Of a DNA stretch of 64,000 nt, positions 32,005 to 44,142 are shown one piece after another. The stretch covers positions 248,001 to 312,000 of the forward strand of contig UYFQ01000260.1 of the NCBI GenBank assembly GCA_900617105.1, in the 5' to 3' direction. This DNA is from Hydrurus foetidus (lineage: Eukaryota). The number at the start of each line of letters is the position of its first letter. Positions within the stretch are counted from its first letter, which is position 1. The notes below the pieces were generated by a model. That model ran no database searches and was not told the DNA's origin. It was given only the letters and a program-made list of their open reading frames with translations. A program made the position numbers and the translations under genes.

Positions 32005-32373
32005 CTAGAACAGGCCGATCGAGCGCGTGGCGAAGGTCTCCGGCTGAGCGCGGCGCGCGGCGCGCAGATCGGACAGCTGGGTGCGGCTCAGTTCGCTCCG
32101 CAGATCGGCGCTGAAGTCCTGATAGCAGGCGCGGATCGACAGGCCGCGCAGCTTTTCCTTGGCGGTGCGTGCGGTGCAGACTTCGTCGGCGGCCTGCTCG
32201 GCGCGCTGCATGAACTGGGCGGCGTCGGAAGGACGCGACAGCTTCAGGTCGCCGACCTGGATCCGGGCGGGTTGAACGGGTTCGGCGGCGTGAGCGGCGG
32301 TCAGGCCGATGATCGGCGTAGCGGCCAGAGCCAGGGCAGCCACAGCGGCCAGACGGTTGATGAACTTGGACAT
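32005..32373 (-). CDS. UrcA-family secreted protein
   Basis: Signal peptide, VGDLKLS, AADEVC..ACY cysteine pair. Confidence 0.78.
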   Translation of the reverse strand: MSKFINRLAAVAALALAATPIIGLTAAHAAEPVQPARIQVGDLKLSRPSDAAQFMQRAEQAADEVCTARTAKEKLRGLSIRACYQDFSADLRSELSRTQLSDLRAARRAQPETFATRSIGLF

Positions 32374-32532
32374 TGGATAACTCCCTCGATGTGCGCCAGG
32401 CGCGTTTCCTGAGTGAGGCTTAGGATCCGACACAACGCAGATACCCGTTACGTCTGCTTCATGACGCGGGAATTAAGTCTATGAAAATAGTATAATTGGC
32501 TTCAGGCCCGGATGGGCCTGGGCCCGTCGTGA

Positions 32533-35081
32533 TCAGGCGGCGGCGTCGCGGCCGGAATGGACCTCGCTCTGGCGGATCGGCAGGATGAAGCTGACCGTCG
32601 CCTTCGCCCGGCGTGCTGGCCATTCAGCGCCCGTCATGCATCTCGTCAGCGACTTGGTCGGGCCAGGCCCAGGCCAGTGCCCTGGGTGGTCTTGGAGAGC
32701 TGGCTCTCGACCTGTTCGAACGGACGGGCCAGGCGCGCCAGGTCTTCCTTGGCGATGCCGATGCCGGTGTCCTGCACCGAGACTCGCACGCGCTCGCCCA
32801 GGGGATCGCGGCGCACCTCGGCGCGGATCGTGACACTGCCGGCGCGGGCGTGAACTTGATGGCGTTGGACAGCAGGTTGAGCAGCACCTGTTGACCGCCC
32901 GATAGTCGGCCTCGATCTCGGCAGCTGCGGGAAGTCGATCACCAGCTTCAGGCCGGCGGCCTCGGCGCGATTGCGCACCAGACGCACGGCGTCCTCGGTC
33001 ACGTCTTCCAGGTTCAGCGGCTCGAACTTCAGGTTCATCTTGCCGGCTTCGATCTTCGACATGTCGAGAATGTCGTTGATCAGGGCCAGCAGGTGCTGGC
33101 CGGAATTGTGGATGTCCTGACTGTAGCCCTTGTAGCGCTGGTCGCCGAGCTGACCGAACATCTCGTTCATCATGATCTCGGAGAAGCCGTTGATGGCGTT
33201 CAGCGGCGTGCGCAGCTCGTGGGACATGTTGGCCAGGAATTCGCTCTTGGCCTTGTTGGCGCCCTCGGCCTTGACCTTCTCCATCTCGTACTTGCGGGCC
33301 AGCTCGGCCAGTTGCTCCTGGCTGCGCTCCAGGCCGTTAACGGCGCTCTGCAGCTGTTCCTCGTTAAGGCGGCGGGCTTCTTCCTGGTTCTTGATGGCGG
33401 TGATGTCGGCGGCGGTCATCACAAGGCCGCCTTCGGCCGTGCGGCGCTCGCTGATCTGGATCCAGCGACCGTCCATCATTTCGGCCTCGCGCACGCCCTT
33501 GGCGCCGTCGGGCGCCGGATAGTCCTGTTTGATGGCCAGGGCCGCGAAGCGGTTGACCTCGGCGCGGGCCGCACCGGGCTTGAGCAGCTTGGGCTCCAGC
33601 GAGAAGACGCTGCGGTAGTTGCGGTTGCACATCAGCAGCCGGCCTTGGCGGTCCCACAGCACAAAGGCCTCAGAGACGCTCTCGATGGCGTCGCGCAGGC
33701 GGTTCTCGGCGGCCTGGGCGCGGGCCTGGGCCAGTCGTTCTTCGGTGACGTCCAGGGCCACCCCGATGATGCGCACGTAACCGTCCTGACCCGGCTTGCC
33801 GAAGCCCTGGCCGCGGGCGTCGACCCAGATCGAGCGTCCGCCCTGCTGGGTGGCGGGCACCCGGAACGAGACGTCGAAGGCGCCGTACATCGCGGCATTG
33901 GCCAGGGCCTGACGAACGCGCTCGCGGTGGTCGATCGAGATGCGGTCCAGCAACTCCTGACCCGAGACGATGCCGCCGCCGCCCCAGCCGAACATCGCGC
34001 CGGTGACATCGGACAGGAACACCTGGTCGGCGCGCAGGTCCCATTCCCAGATGCCGCAGCGCGCGGCCTCGACGGCGAGGCGGAAGCGCTGCTCGCTGTC
34101 GACGAATTCGCGGTGTGCGATCTCGGCCTTGCGGCTCTGTATCATCAGCAGCAGGGCCAGGGCGATGCCGACGCCAAGGGGCGCCAGCAGATTGAAGGCG
34201 CCTTCCATGACCTGGCGGTCCAGGTTGGCGAGATTGCGCGACGGCGCGCCGGCCACGGCCAGCAGAGCGCCTTCGGCCAGGGGCTGTATGGCCACATCCA
34301 GCAGGGCGCCATTGGCGGCCTGGCCGCGCAGGGCGGCGCTCTGGCCGCCGACGTCTTCCATCGACAGCGCGAAGGCGTCGCGGAAAGTCTGCATGCCCTG
34401 AACGATCCGCCCCTGGGTCGCGACCAGGCTGCCGTCGGGCAGGGCGATGGCGCGGGCGCCGCCCTTGCCGGGGTCGACGAGCAGTCGGCTGGGATCGCCA
34501 CTGGCGATGATGAAGTTGCGGCCGGTCGACGCCGGCGCGACGGCGGCGACATACAGGCGGCCGGTATCGCCTGCGGCGCCGATCCAGGTCGAGCGTCCCG
34601 ACGCGGCCGCTGCGCGGGCGGCGGCTTTCCAGTCCGCGCCCTCGTCGCGACCGGCCACGGCCTGAACGCCCGATGGCCCGGCGACCGCCACGGCCATCGC
34701 TTCGCCGCCGCTGGCGCGCAGGGCGATCTCGGCGGCGTCCATGGTGTCGGCGGGGTCGCGCTGGAGGATGTCTGAGGCCGCCGAAAGACCGGCGCGCTGG
34801 GCGGCCAGATTGGCTTCAATGCGGCTGGCCACCAGGCTGGCTTCTATGGCGAGGCTGGCGCCGCCGGGCGCCATGGCGGCCTCGTCCTGCAGGCGTTTGA
34901 CGCCGAAAGCAGTGTAAACGGCCAGCAGGAGCAGGGCGGCCAGGATGGCGACGCGGACATAGACCTGCGACGGCGAACGCGCGGTGATCGACCGCACGAC
35001 GCCCGCCGCGGAAAGTCCGGCTCCCGCCAGTCTTCCGGGTCTCGCATCCCCAACTCTCAAACGCTCAAGGCTCCCGAACAA
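32533..35081 (-). CDS. pleC: Polar histidine kinase/phosphatase PleC; C-terminus frameshifted, start uncertain
   Basis: Two TM with periplasmic domain, two PAS-like regions, FLANMSHELRTPLNA, NLLSNAIKF, GTGLGL; next to pepN. Confidence 0.9.
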
Positions 35082-35217
35082 TAGTTTGGCGAGTCACTTC
35101 GCCACACCGGCTGAATCTACCGCACGCCAAAGGTCCCCGTCACGGCCGAACGGCCGATTTGGCGGGGTATGGGCCTAATGGTCGCAATTGATCCGTCTGC
35201 GACCGGGCGTGGCTTTG

Positions 35218-37809
35218 TCAGTCGAGCGCCTTGGCAGCCAGTTCCAGCACGTTCTTGGACAGGCCGGGATGGGCGGCGACGCCCTTGAGGGCCTCGCGCA
35301 TCTGAGCGCCCAAGGCGTCCGGATAGCGCCGCCAGTTGCCCAGGGGCTCGACCAGTCTCGCTGCAGTCATCGGGTTATAGGCGTCCACGGCCAGGATCTT
35401 TTCGGCCAGGAAGCGATAGCCGGCGCCGCTGGGATCGTGGAACCGCGACGGGTTGAAGTTGGCGAAGGTCGAGACCAGCGCCCGGAAGCGGTTGGGGTTG
35501 GTCGCGTCGAAATCGGCGTGCTTCGTCAGGCGACGATACGCTCCAGAACGTCAGGCGACGGATCGCGGGCCTGGACGGCGAACCACTTGTCCAGCACCAG
35601 CGGTTCGTCCTTCCATTTGGCGTGGAAGGCAGCGAGCGCCCGGTCGCGGGCCTCGCCCCCGATCTGGACCAGGGCCGACAGGGCGCCCATGGCGTCGGTC
35701 ATGTTGGCGGCCGCCTCGAAGTGGCCGACGATACGCTCGACGTTCACCGCGTGTGGATCAGCCGCCAGCAGGTCGGCGCAGCCATTGCGCAGGGCCCGCT
35801 TGCCGGCGGACTGGGCGTCAGCCGAGAACTCGCCGGCCGTCTGCAGATCGCCATGCAGGCGCCGCAGCAGGTCGCCCAGATGCACGGCGATGCGGGCCCG
35901 CAGGGCGCCTCGCGCCGTGTGGATGGCCGCCGGGTCGGCCGGCTCGATGGCCAGCGACAGGTCCGGCTCGCTGGGCAGGGCCAGCAGCAGGGCCTTGAAG
36001 GCCGGCTCTGAATGCTCGTCCAGCAAGGCGCGGCCCAGAGCGTCGGCATAGCGCTCTTCGCCGACCTCATCGGGCGCGCCGCCGGCGTGGGCCAGGATCA
36101 GGTCGCGGGCCAGGGTCTGGCCGGCTTCCCAGCGGTTGAAGAGATCCGGGTCGGCGGCGAACAGGCCATAGCGATCGACCGACCGCGCGTCGGTGGTCAG
36201 GTTCACCGGGGCCGAGAAGCCGCGAAGGGCCGAGATCACGGGCGGGGAGGCGACACCCTCCCAGCGGACGGTCTTTGTCGCGCCATCCAGCACCACGACC
36301 TCGCTGTCGCGCAGCGGCGCACCGTCAGAATCGAGCAGGCCGATGGTCACCGGGATCGGCAGGGGCTTCTTGGTGGGTTGGCCGGGCGTCGGGGCGGTGA
36401 ACTGGGTGAGCGTGATCTCCAGCGCCCTGGAGTCTTCGTGATATGCGCTGACCAGCGACACGCTGGGCGTGCCGGCCTGTTCGTACCAGGCGAAGAAGTC
36501 GGTCAGGTCGCGTCCCGAGGCGTCGGCGAAACAGGCGATAAAGGCCTCGACCGTGGTCGCCTGTCCGTCATGGCGCTCGAAATAGAGGTCCGAGCCCTTC
36601 CGGAACGCCTCGGCGCCCAGCAGGGTCTTGAGCATGCGGATGATCTCCGCGCCCTTCTCATAGATCGTCGCCGTGTAGAAGTTGTCGATCTTCATATAGC
36701 TGGCCGGCCGCACCGGGTGGGCCAGGGGGCCGGCGTCCTCGGCGAACTGGCGGGCGCGAAGGGCTTTCACGTCCTTGATCCGCTGCACGGCCGCGCCGCG
36801 CTGGTCGGCGCTGAAGCTCTGGTCACGGAAGACCGTGAAGCCCTCCTTCAGGCACAGCTGGAACCAGTCGCGGCAGGTGATGCGGTTGCCGGTCCAGTTG
36901 TGGAAATATTCGTGGGCCACGACCGCCTCGATGCGCTCGTAGTCGGCGTCGGTGGCGGTTTCGGGATCGGCCAGCAGCAGGGAGCTGTTGAAGATGTTCA
37001 GCCCCTTGTTCTCCATCGCCCCGAAATTGAAGTCGCGCACGGCGACGATCATGAACAGGTCCAGGTCGTATTCACGGCCGAACGCGTCCTCGTCCCACTT
37101 CATCGCGCGCTTGAGGCTGTCCATCGCATAGGCGCCGCGCGCGGCCTGGCCCGGATCAACATAGACGCGCAGGGCGATGGTCCGACCGCTCATGGTGACG
37201 AAGCTGTCTTCCAGCACATCCAGCTCGCCGGCCACCAGGGCGAACAGATAGGCGGGCTTGGGGAAGGGGTCGTTCCAGACGGCGTAGTGGCGGCCGTCCT
37301 CCAGCTCGCCGCCTTCCCACAGATTGCCGTTGCTCAGCAGGTAGCCGAACGCCTCATCGGCCTCGATCCGCACCGTGTAGCGGGAGAGCACGTCCAGGCG
37401 ATCGGGGAAGTAGGTGATGGTGCGGAAGCCTTCGGCCTCGCACTGGGTGCAGAAACGACCGCCCTGACATATAGAGACCCATCAGCGCCTTGTTGGCGGC
37501 AGGATCGATCTCGACCTCGGTCGTCAGCACAAAGGCGTCGGGCACATCGGGCAGGGTCAGGAACTCGGCGTCCAGCCTGCAGTCCGACGCGCTCAGGGCG
37601 CGCCCATCGATCGCCGCCGAGACCAGTTTCAACCGCTCACCGTTGAGGACCAGCGGCTCACCCGCATCGCCCGTGCGCCGGATCTTCAGCGTGGCCAGGA
37701 CCCGCGTGGACGAGGGCTCAAGCTTGAAGACAAGCTCGGTCTCTTCGATCTCGAACGGAAAGGGGCGGTAGTCGGCGAGCCGGATGGCCTGGGGCGTTTC
37801 TGTGCGCAT
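35218..37809 (-). CDS. pepN: Aminopeptidase N, frameshifted
   Basis: [25 protein letters not shown]. Confidence 0.95.
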
Positions 37810-37988
37810 GCGGCCAATCTAGAGGTCCGAGGCGGCCGGCGCGAGAGCCCTTAAGTAATAAGGTCTAAGCGAAAGGCCACATTTTCCGTACGGACTTGTT
37901 CCGGATCAAAGAATGCGCGCTCAACTGGGCGCAATCCCCTTTTCGGGCGCCCCCAAAGCAGCGCCCGGTTCGAAATAAGGGGATAAAA

Positions 37989-38642
37989 ATGACTATCGCG
38001 ACCCGCCTGGCCCTGACCTGCGTCGCCAGCCTTCTGGCCGTTTCCGCCGCTCAGGCTCAAGAGGCCGTCAAGCCGAAGGCCAAGGGTGATCTGGTTCTGA
38101 ACGTCCGCGTCACCGATGTGGCGCCTGACGCTGGCAACTCGATCGTCACCGCTGCGAGAGCCGCCACGGGCCTGAAGGCAAACGTCAATGACGACATCAA
38201 GCCGACCATCGGCCTGTCCTATTTCCTGAGCGACAAGCTCGCGGTCGAGGTGATCGCCGGCACCACCCAGCACACGGTCAAGGCCGTGGGCGGCGCCACG
38301 AACGTCGAGGTTCACAAGACCTGGGTCCTGCCGCCCGTCGTCTCGCTGCAATACCACCCGTTCCCGGCCGCCAAGTTCAGCCCCTATGTCGGCGCGGGCC
38401 TGAACTACATGCTGTTCTACAGCAGCAAGGACAAGAACGGCTTCAAGGTGAAGCTGGACGACGGCTTCGGCTACGCCCTGCAGGTCGGCGCCGACGTGCC
38501 GCTGAACGCGCGCTACAACCTGAACATCGACGTCAAGAAGGTGTGGTTCGAGACCGACGCCTCGATCAATGGCGGCGCCCTGAAGTCCAAGGTCAAGCTG
38601 GACCCGATCGTGGCTTCGGTCGGTGTCGGCTACCGCTTCTGA
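37989..38642 (+). CDS. ompW: OmpW-family outer membrane protein
   Basis: Signal peptide, LPP..LQYH, PYVGAGLNY, C-terminal VGYRF. Confidence 0.9.
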   Translation: MTIATRLALTCVASLLAVSAAQAQEAVKPKAKGDLVLNVRVTDVAPDAGNSIVTAARAATGLKANVNDDIKPTIGLSYFLSDKLAVEVIAGTTQHTVKAVGGATNVEVHKTWVLPPVVSLQYHPFPAAKFSPYVGAGLNYMLFYSSKDKNGFKVKLDDGFGYALQVGADVPLNARYNLNIDVKKVWFETDASINGGALKSKVKLDPIVASVGVGYRF

Positions 38643-38706
38643 TCTGTCGCCTTGCATGTCTCCGCCCGACGACTAAACCCTGCGAGGGGTGCAGGCGTGG
38701 GCGGGG

Positions 38707-39207
38707 ATGAGCATGGCTGAGCGGGAATGCGGCGCGTGCGGCCAATGCTGCAAGCTGATCGGCGTGCGCGAGCTCGACAAGGCGCCGCATGTCTGGTGCC
38801 GCTACTACCGTCGCGGCAAGGGCTGTGAGGTCTATCAGGTCCGGCCGGCCGGCTGCGGTGAGTTTGCTTGTGACTGGCTGCTGGACATACGTCTGGGCGA
38901 TGACTGGCGACCAGACCGCAGCGGGTTCGTGCTGCATGCGGGCGAGGGCGGGCGGGTCGTCAATGTCGAGCTCGACCCGGCCCAGCCCAACGCCTGGCGG
39001 CGCGCGCCGTTCGAGGCCGTGCTGCGCGGCTGGGCCAGAGAAGGCGCGGCCGAGGGCATGGACGTGCTGATCTGGATCGGGCGGCGCTGCCTGCGTCTTT
39101 TGCCAGGCGGCGGCGAGATCGACCTGGGAGTCGTGCGTCCGGCCATCGAATTCACAGCCCACGATCGACTGCGGCGTCCCGGCTCCGGCCGGGACTGGCC
39201 GGCCTAG
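38707..39207 (+). CDS. Cys-rich putative Zn/Fe-S protein
   Basis: CGACGQCC, C..YQVRPAGC..FAC. Confidence 0.7.
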   Translation: MSMAERECGACGQCCKLIGVRELDKAPHVWCRYYRRGKGCEVYQVRPAGCGEFACDWLLDIRLGDDWRPDRSGFVLHAGEGGRVVNVELDPAQPNAWRRAPFEAVLRGWAREGAAEGMDVLIWIGRRCLRLLPGGGEIDLGVVRPAIEFTAHDRLRRPGSGRDWPA

Positions 39208-39766
39208 TTTTCGATATTGCTCACGGCCTCTGCGGCGGCCGGAACCTCGTGCAGGTAGCGCTCGATGGCCGAGGCCTGATGGGCCAGAGCGGCCAGGGCA
39301 GGCGGCGCATCCTCGGGATGGTCGGCGACCAGTTCCAGGATCTGACGGGCGATGGCGTGCAGGCGCGGGGCGCTGGCGATCAGCCGCGCCTGATATTCGA
39401 TCTTGCGCGGATCGCGGTCATACTCCGCGCCCGGCGTCCGCCACCCGCCCCAGTCATTGGGATCGGTGACCACCACCGGATAGGTGCCGGGATAGGGGTG
39501 GTGGGGGCAGTCGCTTTCCTGCTGCCACTTGTTGCGGGCCCGCAGCACCCGCCAATGGGCGACCATGCCGGCGCCCTCGGCGTCGATCTTTCCTCGGGCT
39601 TGAGCTCATGGGCGTGAAATTCGCGGCCCAGACCGACGTCATAGGTGACCCGCACGGGCTCGTCGAAGCCCTTGGCCCAGATCGGTACGATGCGCTCGAT
39701 CGTCGCCCAGGCGCCGACGCTGTCGACCCAAACCTTCTGGTTGCGCTGATAGACGGTCTTGGCCAT
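39204..39766 (-). CDS. Hypothetical protein, frameshift near 39580
   Basis: MAKTVYQRNQKVW.. and WRVLRARNKW..DWGGWR pieces with host-like codon usage. Confidence 0.7.
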
Positions 39767-39995
39767 GGCCCCTTGGACGCGACGTGAACTGGACGATCGC
39801 CATAAGAACCTGAAATCCTTGACGCCGGGTCAATCTTTCCCTGCGGCGCAAGGTCAGTCAGGGTGGATCTCGAGGCGCGCCAATCGAGAGCCGCGCCGCG
39901 AGCGTGACAGCCGAAGTGGATGCCGATTTCGGCGACGGTCACGCTCACAACTATAATCAGAGCCTGCCCTCAGGGCGAGCTCATGGAACCACCCG

Positions 39996-41111
39996 GTGGA
40001 TTTCGACTTTTCCGACGACCAGAAGTTCCTGAAGGACGAGGCGCGCAAGTTCCTCGACGGGCGCTGTGGCCCCGCTGTCGTGCGCGGCGTTCTGGATGAC
40101 GCCAGCCGCTCGTTCGACCAGGATCTATGGACCGCTGTCGCCGAGCAGGGCTGGCTGGGCGCCTGCATCCCCGAAGAGTTCAACGGCCTGGGCCTTGGCC
40201 GGGTCGAGCTGTGCGCCATCGCCGAGGAACTGGGCCGCGCTGTCGCGCCGATCCCGTTCGCCTCGACGGTCTATTTCCTGGCCGAGGGCGTGATGCTGGC
40301 CGGTAGCGACGCCCAGAAGGCCGCCGTCCTGCCGCGCATCGCCGCCGGCGAGCTGATCGGTTGCCTGGCGACCTCGGAAGGTCCGGGCGTGGTCAATGCT
40401 TCGAACCTGGCCTGCCGGGTCGAGGGTGGCAAGCTGACGGGCGTGAAGATCCCGGTCACCGACGGCGACGTGGCCGACATGGCTCTGGTCCTGGCCAGCG
40501 AGGGCGGCAAGCCGGGCCTGTTCCTGGTCGACCTCAAGGCCAAGGGCGTTGCGCGCGAAACCCTCAAGAGCCTCGACCCGACGCGCGGCGTGGCCAAGCT
40601 GACCTTTGACGGTGTGACGGCTGAGCGCGTGGGCGAGGCGGGCGCTGGTTTCGAACTGGTGCAGGCGATCATGGACCGCGCCGCCGTGCTGCTGGCTTTC
40701 GAACAGCTGGGCGGCGCTGACCGGTGCCTGGAGATGGCCAAGGAGTATGCGCTGGGCCGATACGCTTTTGGCCGCGTCATCGCCGGCTATCAGGCGATCA
40801 AGCACAAGCTGGCCGACATGTACGTCAAGAACGAGGTCGCCCGCTCCAACGCCTATTACGGGGCCTGGGCGCTGACCGTCGATGCGCCAGAGCTGCCGAT
40901 CGCGGCCTCTGCGGCCCGCATCGCGGCGTCTGACGCCTACTGGTTCGCCAGCAAGGAAAGCATCCAGGTGCACGGTGGCATGGGCTTCACCTGGGACGTC
41001 GACTGCCACCTCTATTATCGGCGCTCGCGCCAGCTCAGCCTCGTGGCCGGTGCGCCGCGGGTCTGGAAAGAGCGGCTGGTCAGCCAGCTCGAACAAAAGA
41101 ACGCGGCGTAA
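39996..41111 (+). CDS. Acyl-CoA dehydrogenase
   Basis: AEELGR, RYAFGRVIAGYQAIKHKLADM, QVHGGMGFTW. Confidence 0.93.
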   Translation: MDFDFSDDQKFLKDEARKFLDGRCGPAVVRGVLDDASRSFDQDLWTAVAEQGWLGACIPEEFNGLGLGRVELCAIAEELGRAVAPIPFASTVYFLAEGVMLAGSDAQKAAVLPRIAAGELIGCLATSEGPGVVNASNLACRVEGGKLTGVKIPVTDGDVADMALVLASEGGKPGLFLVDLKAKGVARETLKSLDPTRGVAKLTFDGVTAERVGEAGAGFELVQAIMDRAAVLLAFEQLGGADRCLEMAKEYALGRYAFGRVIAGYQAIKHKLADMYVKNEVARSNAYYGAWALTVDAPELPIAASAARIAASDAYWFASKESIQVHGGMGFTWDVDCHLYYRRSRQLSLVAGAPRVWKERLVSQLEQKNAA

Positions 41112-41124
41112 GGGAAAGACGATC

Positions 41125-42345
41125 ATGGATTTCAACGATTCACCCGAAGAAGCCGCCTATCGCGAGAAGGCCCGCGCCTGGCTGGTTGAGAACGCCGCCG
41201 CGCACCGCGCGCAGTTCGGCGAGCTGAAACCCAACACCGACCAGCACATGGTCGCCGCCAAGGCCTGGCAGGCCCGCAAGGCTTCCGGCGGCTATGCCTG
41301 CATCACCTGGCCGGCCGCCATCGGCGGGGGCGGCGGTACGCCGATCCAGTCGGTGATCTTTGGCCAGGAAGAGACCAAGGCTGGCCTCAGCTACGGCTAT
41401 TTCACCATCGGCCTGGGCATGTGCGTGCCCACGGTGATGGCCTTCTCAAACACCGAGACCAAGCAGCGCTTCGTCAGCCCCGCCGTGAAGGGCGAGGAGA
41501 TCTGGTGCCAGCTGTTCTCAGAACCGGCCGGCGGCTCCGACGTCGCGGCCTGCGGACCCGCGCCATCAAGGACGGCGACGAGTGGGTCATCAACGGCCAG
41601 AAGGTCTGGACCACGGGCCCACTATTGCGACTACGGCATCCTGCTGACCCGGACCGATCCCGATGTGCCCAAGCACAAGGGTCTGACCATGTTCTGGATC
41701 GACATGAAGGACGCCGCCGTCGAGTGCCGGCCGATCCACCAGATGTCGGGCGGGCGCGAGTTCAACGAGGTCTATTTCACCGACCTGCGGGTCAAGGACA
41801 GCCAGCGTCTGGGCGAGGTCGGCGAGGGCTGGAAGGTGGCCCTGGTCACCCTGATGAACGAGCGCCTGGCCGTCGGCGGCTCGTCTGGCCCCAACTATCG
41901 CGAGATCATGGGCCTGGCCCGGCAGCTGACCGGCGCCACCGGCCCGGCGATCAAGGACAACGCCTTCCGCGAAAAGCTGGCCGACTGGTACGTGCAGTCG
42001 GAAGGTCTGAAGTTCACCCGCTTCCGCACCATGACCGCCCTGTCGCGCGGCCAGACGCCGGGACCGGAAAGCTCGATCGGCAAGATCATCGCCGCCAACC
42101 AGATGCAGGACCTGGCCAATACCGCCGTCGAGATGGAAGACCAGTACGGCATCCTGATTGACCCGGATCAGGCTCCGGCCGAGGCGGCGTTCCAGCAGAG
42201 CCTGATGTGGGCCCCCGGCCTGCGGATCGCCGGCGGCACCGACGAGATCCTCAAGAACATTATCGCCGAGCGGGTGCTGGGCCTGCCGGGCGATGTTCGC
42301 GTCGACAAGGACGTGGCGTTCAAGGACATGCCGACGGGCCGCTAG
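41125..42345 (+). CDS. Acyl-CoA dehydrogenase, local frameshifts
   Basis: WCQLFSEPAGGSD, INGQKVWT, FNEVYF, IAGGTDEILKN. Confidence 0.93.
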   Translation: MDFNDSPEEAAYREKARAWLVENAAAHRAQFGELKPNTDQHMVAAKAWQARKASGGYACITWPAAIGGGGGTPIQSVIFGQEETKAGLSYGYFTIGLGMCVPTVMAFSNTETKQRFVSPAVKGEEIWCQLFSEPAGGSDVAACGPAPSRTATSGSSTARRSGPRAHYCDYGILLTRTDPDVPKHKGLTMFWIDMKDAAVECRPIHQMSGGREFNEVYFTDLRVKDSQRLGEVGEGWKVALVTLMNERLAVGGSSGPNYREIMGLARQLTGATGPAIKDNAFREKLADWYVQSEGLKFTRFRTMTALSRGQTPGPESSIGKIIAANQMQDLANTAVEMEDQYGILIDPDQAPAEAAFQQSLMWAPGLRIAGGTDEILKNIIAERVLGLPGDVRVDKDVAFKDMPTGR

Positions 42346-42676
42346 TCCTATTCAGGTCTGATCCGGGTCTGGCCGCGCTCGAAAACCGGGCGCGGCCAGC
42401 CTGATTCAGGGCATGATCAAATTCGCTTCGCGGTTGCGTCCGTCATGGTTTCGCAATCTTGCCCCGCGTCGAATCTCGCCCGTGTTTACTGAATTCCCCT
42501 GAGGCGCGAGTCCTTGCGCGGACGTGTCAACACGCCGCTAGGCGAACGCTGTTGCTTCACCTTGACAGCCTGCGACACCGGGCACATGAGTCCTTGATGG
42601 TTATGGTTAACGGCGTGCTGGAGGGGGAGTGATGCACGAAGCCAGCGATGCTGTTTCGCGCTATTCCGCGCTCCGA

Positions 42677-44142
42677 ATGACCCTGTTTGGGGCGGTTTCC
42701 CGGCGAGGCGCCCTGCTGCGCCGCGTTCCGATCGGGGCGCTGGTCGCCGCCGTAGTGATTCCCTTGGTGGGCTGCGACGTAGGCCCCAACCTCTGGCTCC
42801 AGAGAAAGGCCAGCGCCTGTCCGCGTCCGCAGGCCGCCCAGGGCGTCTCCGGGCAGTTCAACCAGCAGCAGCAAGAGATTCGGGCGCTTCGCCAGAGGTG
42901 GCTTTCGCGGCGACTTCTTCGCCCAGCTGGAACTGGCCCGCCGCTACGAAGCCAGCGCTCGGTCGACAAGAACCTCGAGGATCAGGTCGAGGCGGCGGTG
43001 TGGTACGCCATGGCCCTGTCCAATGCTGGCGGCTACGCGCCGATCGCGGCCTATGAGCGTCGCGGCAAGGGCGAGGGCCGGGCCCTGTCGCGCTTCGACG
43101 ACTGCCGTGCTTTCGAGCGCCAGAGCGCCTATGGCGCACTGGATCGGCTGCTGGCGCGCATGTCGACCGAAGAGCGCGAGAAGGTCCGCAACCGCGTGAT
43201 CTATGTGCTCTCCAGCCAGGGCGCCGACGGCTATCGCGTGCTGGCCCGCATCCATGACGGCTTCTTCGGCCCGTATGGCGAGCCGTCCGACAATCTTCAG
43301 GCCGTCGGGCCTACGGCACCCAGAAGCGCGCCGGCACGCCGGCCGCGCTGGACCTGTTCCGTCGCAACGACGTCGACGCCTATCTCTACAATTACCTGGC
43401 CGTGCAGACGGGCGACGTCTCGGCCTATGTCATGCTCAAGGACTTCGAGCGGTCCTCGCCGCAGCGGGCCTCGTATGGCGCCTTCGTCGAGACCAAGGCC
43501 AAGCGCTGGATTCCGCCCTACGAGTTCTACCCGCCCGAATCGCCGGAATCGGGCGTGCCCCATTCCGACGAGTCCGACCAGTCGGGCGAATCCAGGGAAG
43601 CCGCCCAGACGCGTCTGCATGAGCTTCCTTTCGTGCATATCGGCGAGGCCCTGGCCTATCTGCGGGTGATCCCGTCACCGGTGCTCGACGAGAAACTGCT
43701 AGCGTCAGGCGACGCCCAGACCTTCCAGGCGATGATCGGCCGTCCCATCACCGGCCGATTGAGCGCCATTGAGAAGGTGCGGGCGGTGCAGTACGCCGCC
43801 GTCAACGGATCATCCAAAGCCCAGCTCGTCCTGGCTGTGATGTATTCCGAGGGCGTGGGCGTGCCCCGCGACTATGCCCGCGCCTATCACTGGTATGAGG
43901 AAGCCGAACGCCAGGGCTCGGCCGAGGCCAAGTACGCCATGTCGACCTTCTTCTCGCTGGGACTGCAGGGCGTGGCCGACCAGGATCGCGCCAGGGCCGT
44001 GGTCTATCAGCTGGACGGCGCCCTGGCCGGCTTCAAGCCTTCGGTCTGGCGTCTGCAGCAACTTCTGGCCCAGGTCTCGCGTCCGCCCAGACCTGCCGCC
44101 GAGCGCGGTGGTCGGCCCTACATCGAAAGGGACTATCGATGA
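42677..44142 (+). CDS. Sel1/TPR-repeat putative lipoprotein, frameshifted
   Basis: PLVGC lipobox-like segment; Sel1 repeat AQLVLAVMYSEGVGVPRDYARAYHWYEEAERQG. Confidence 0.75.
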
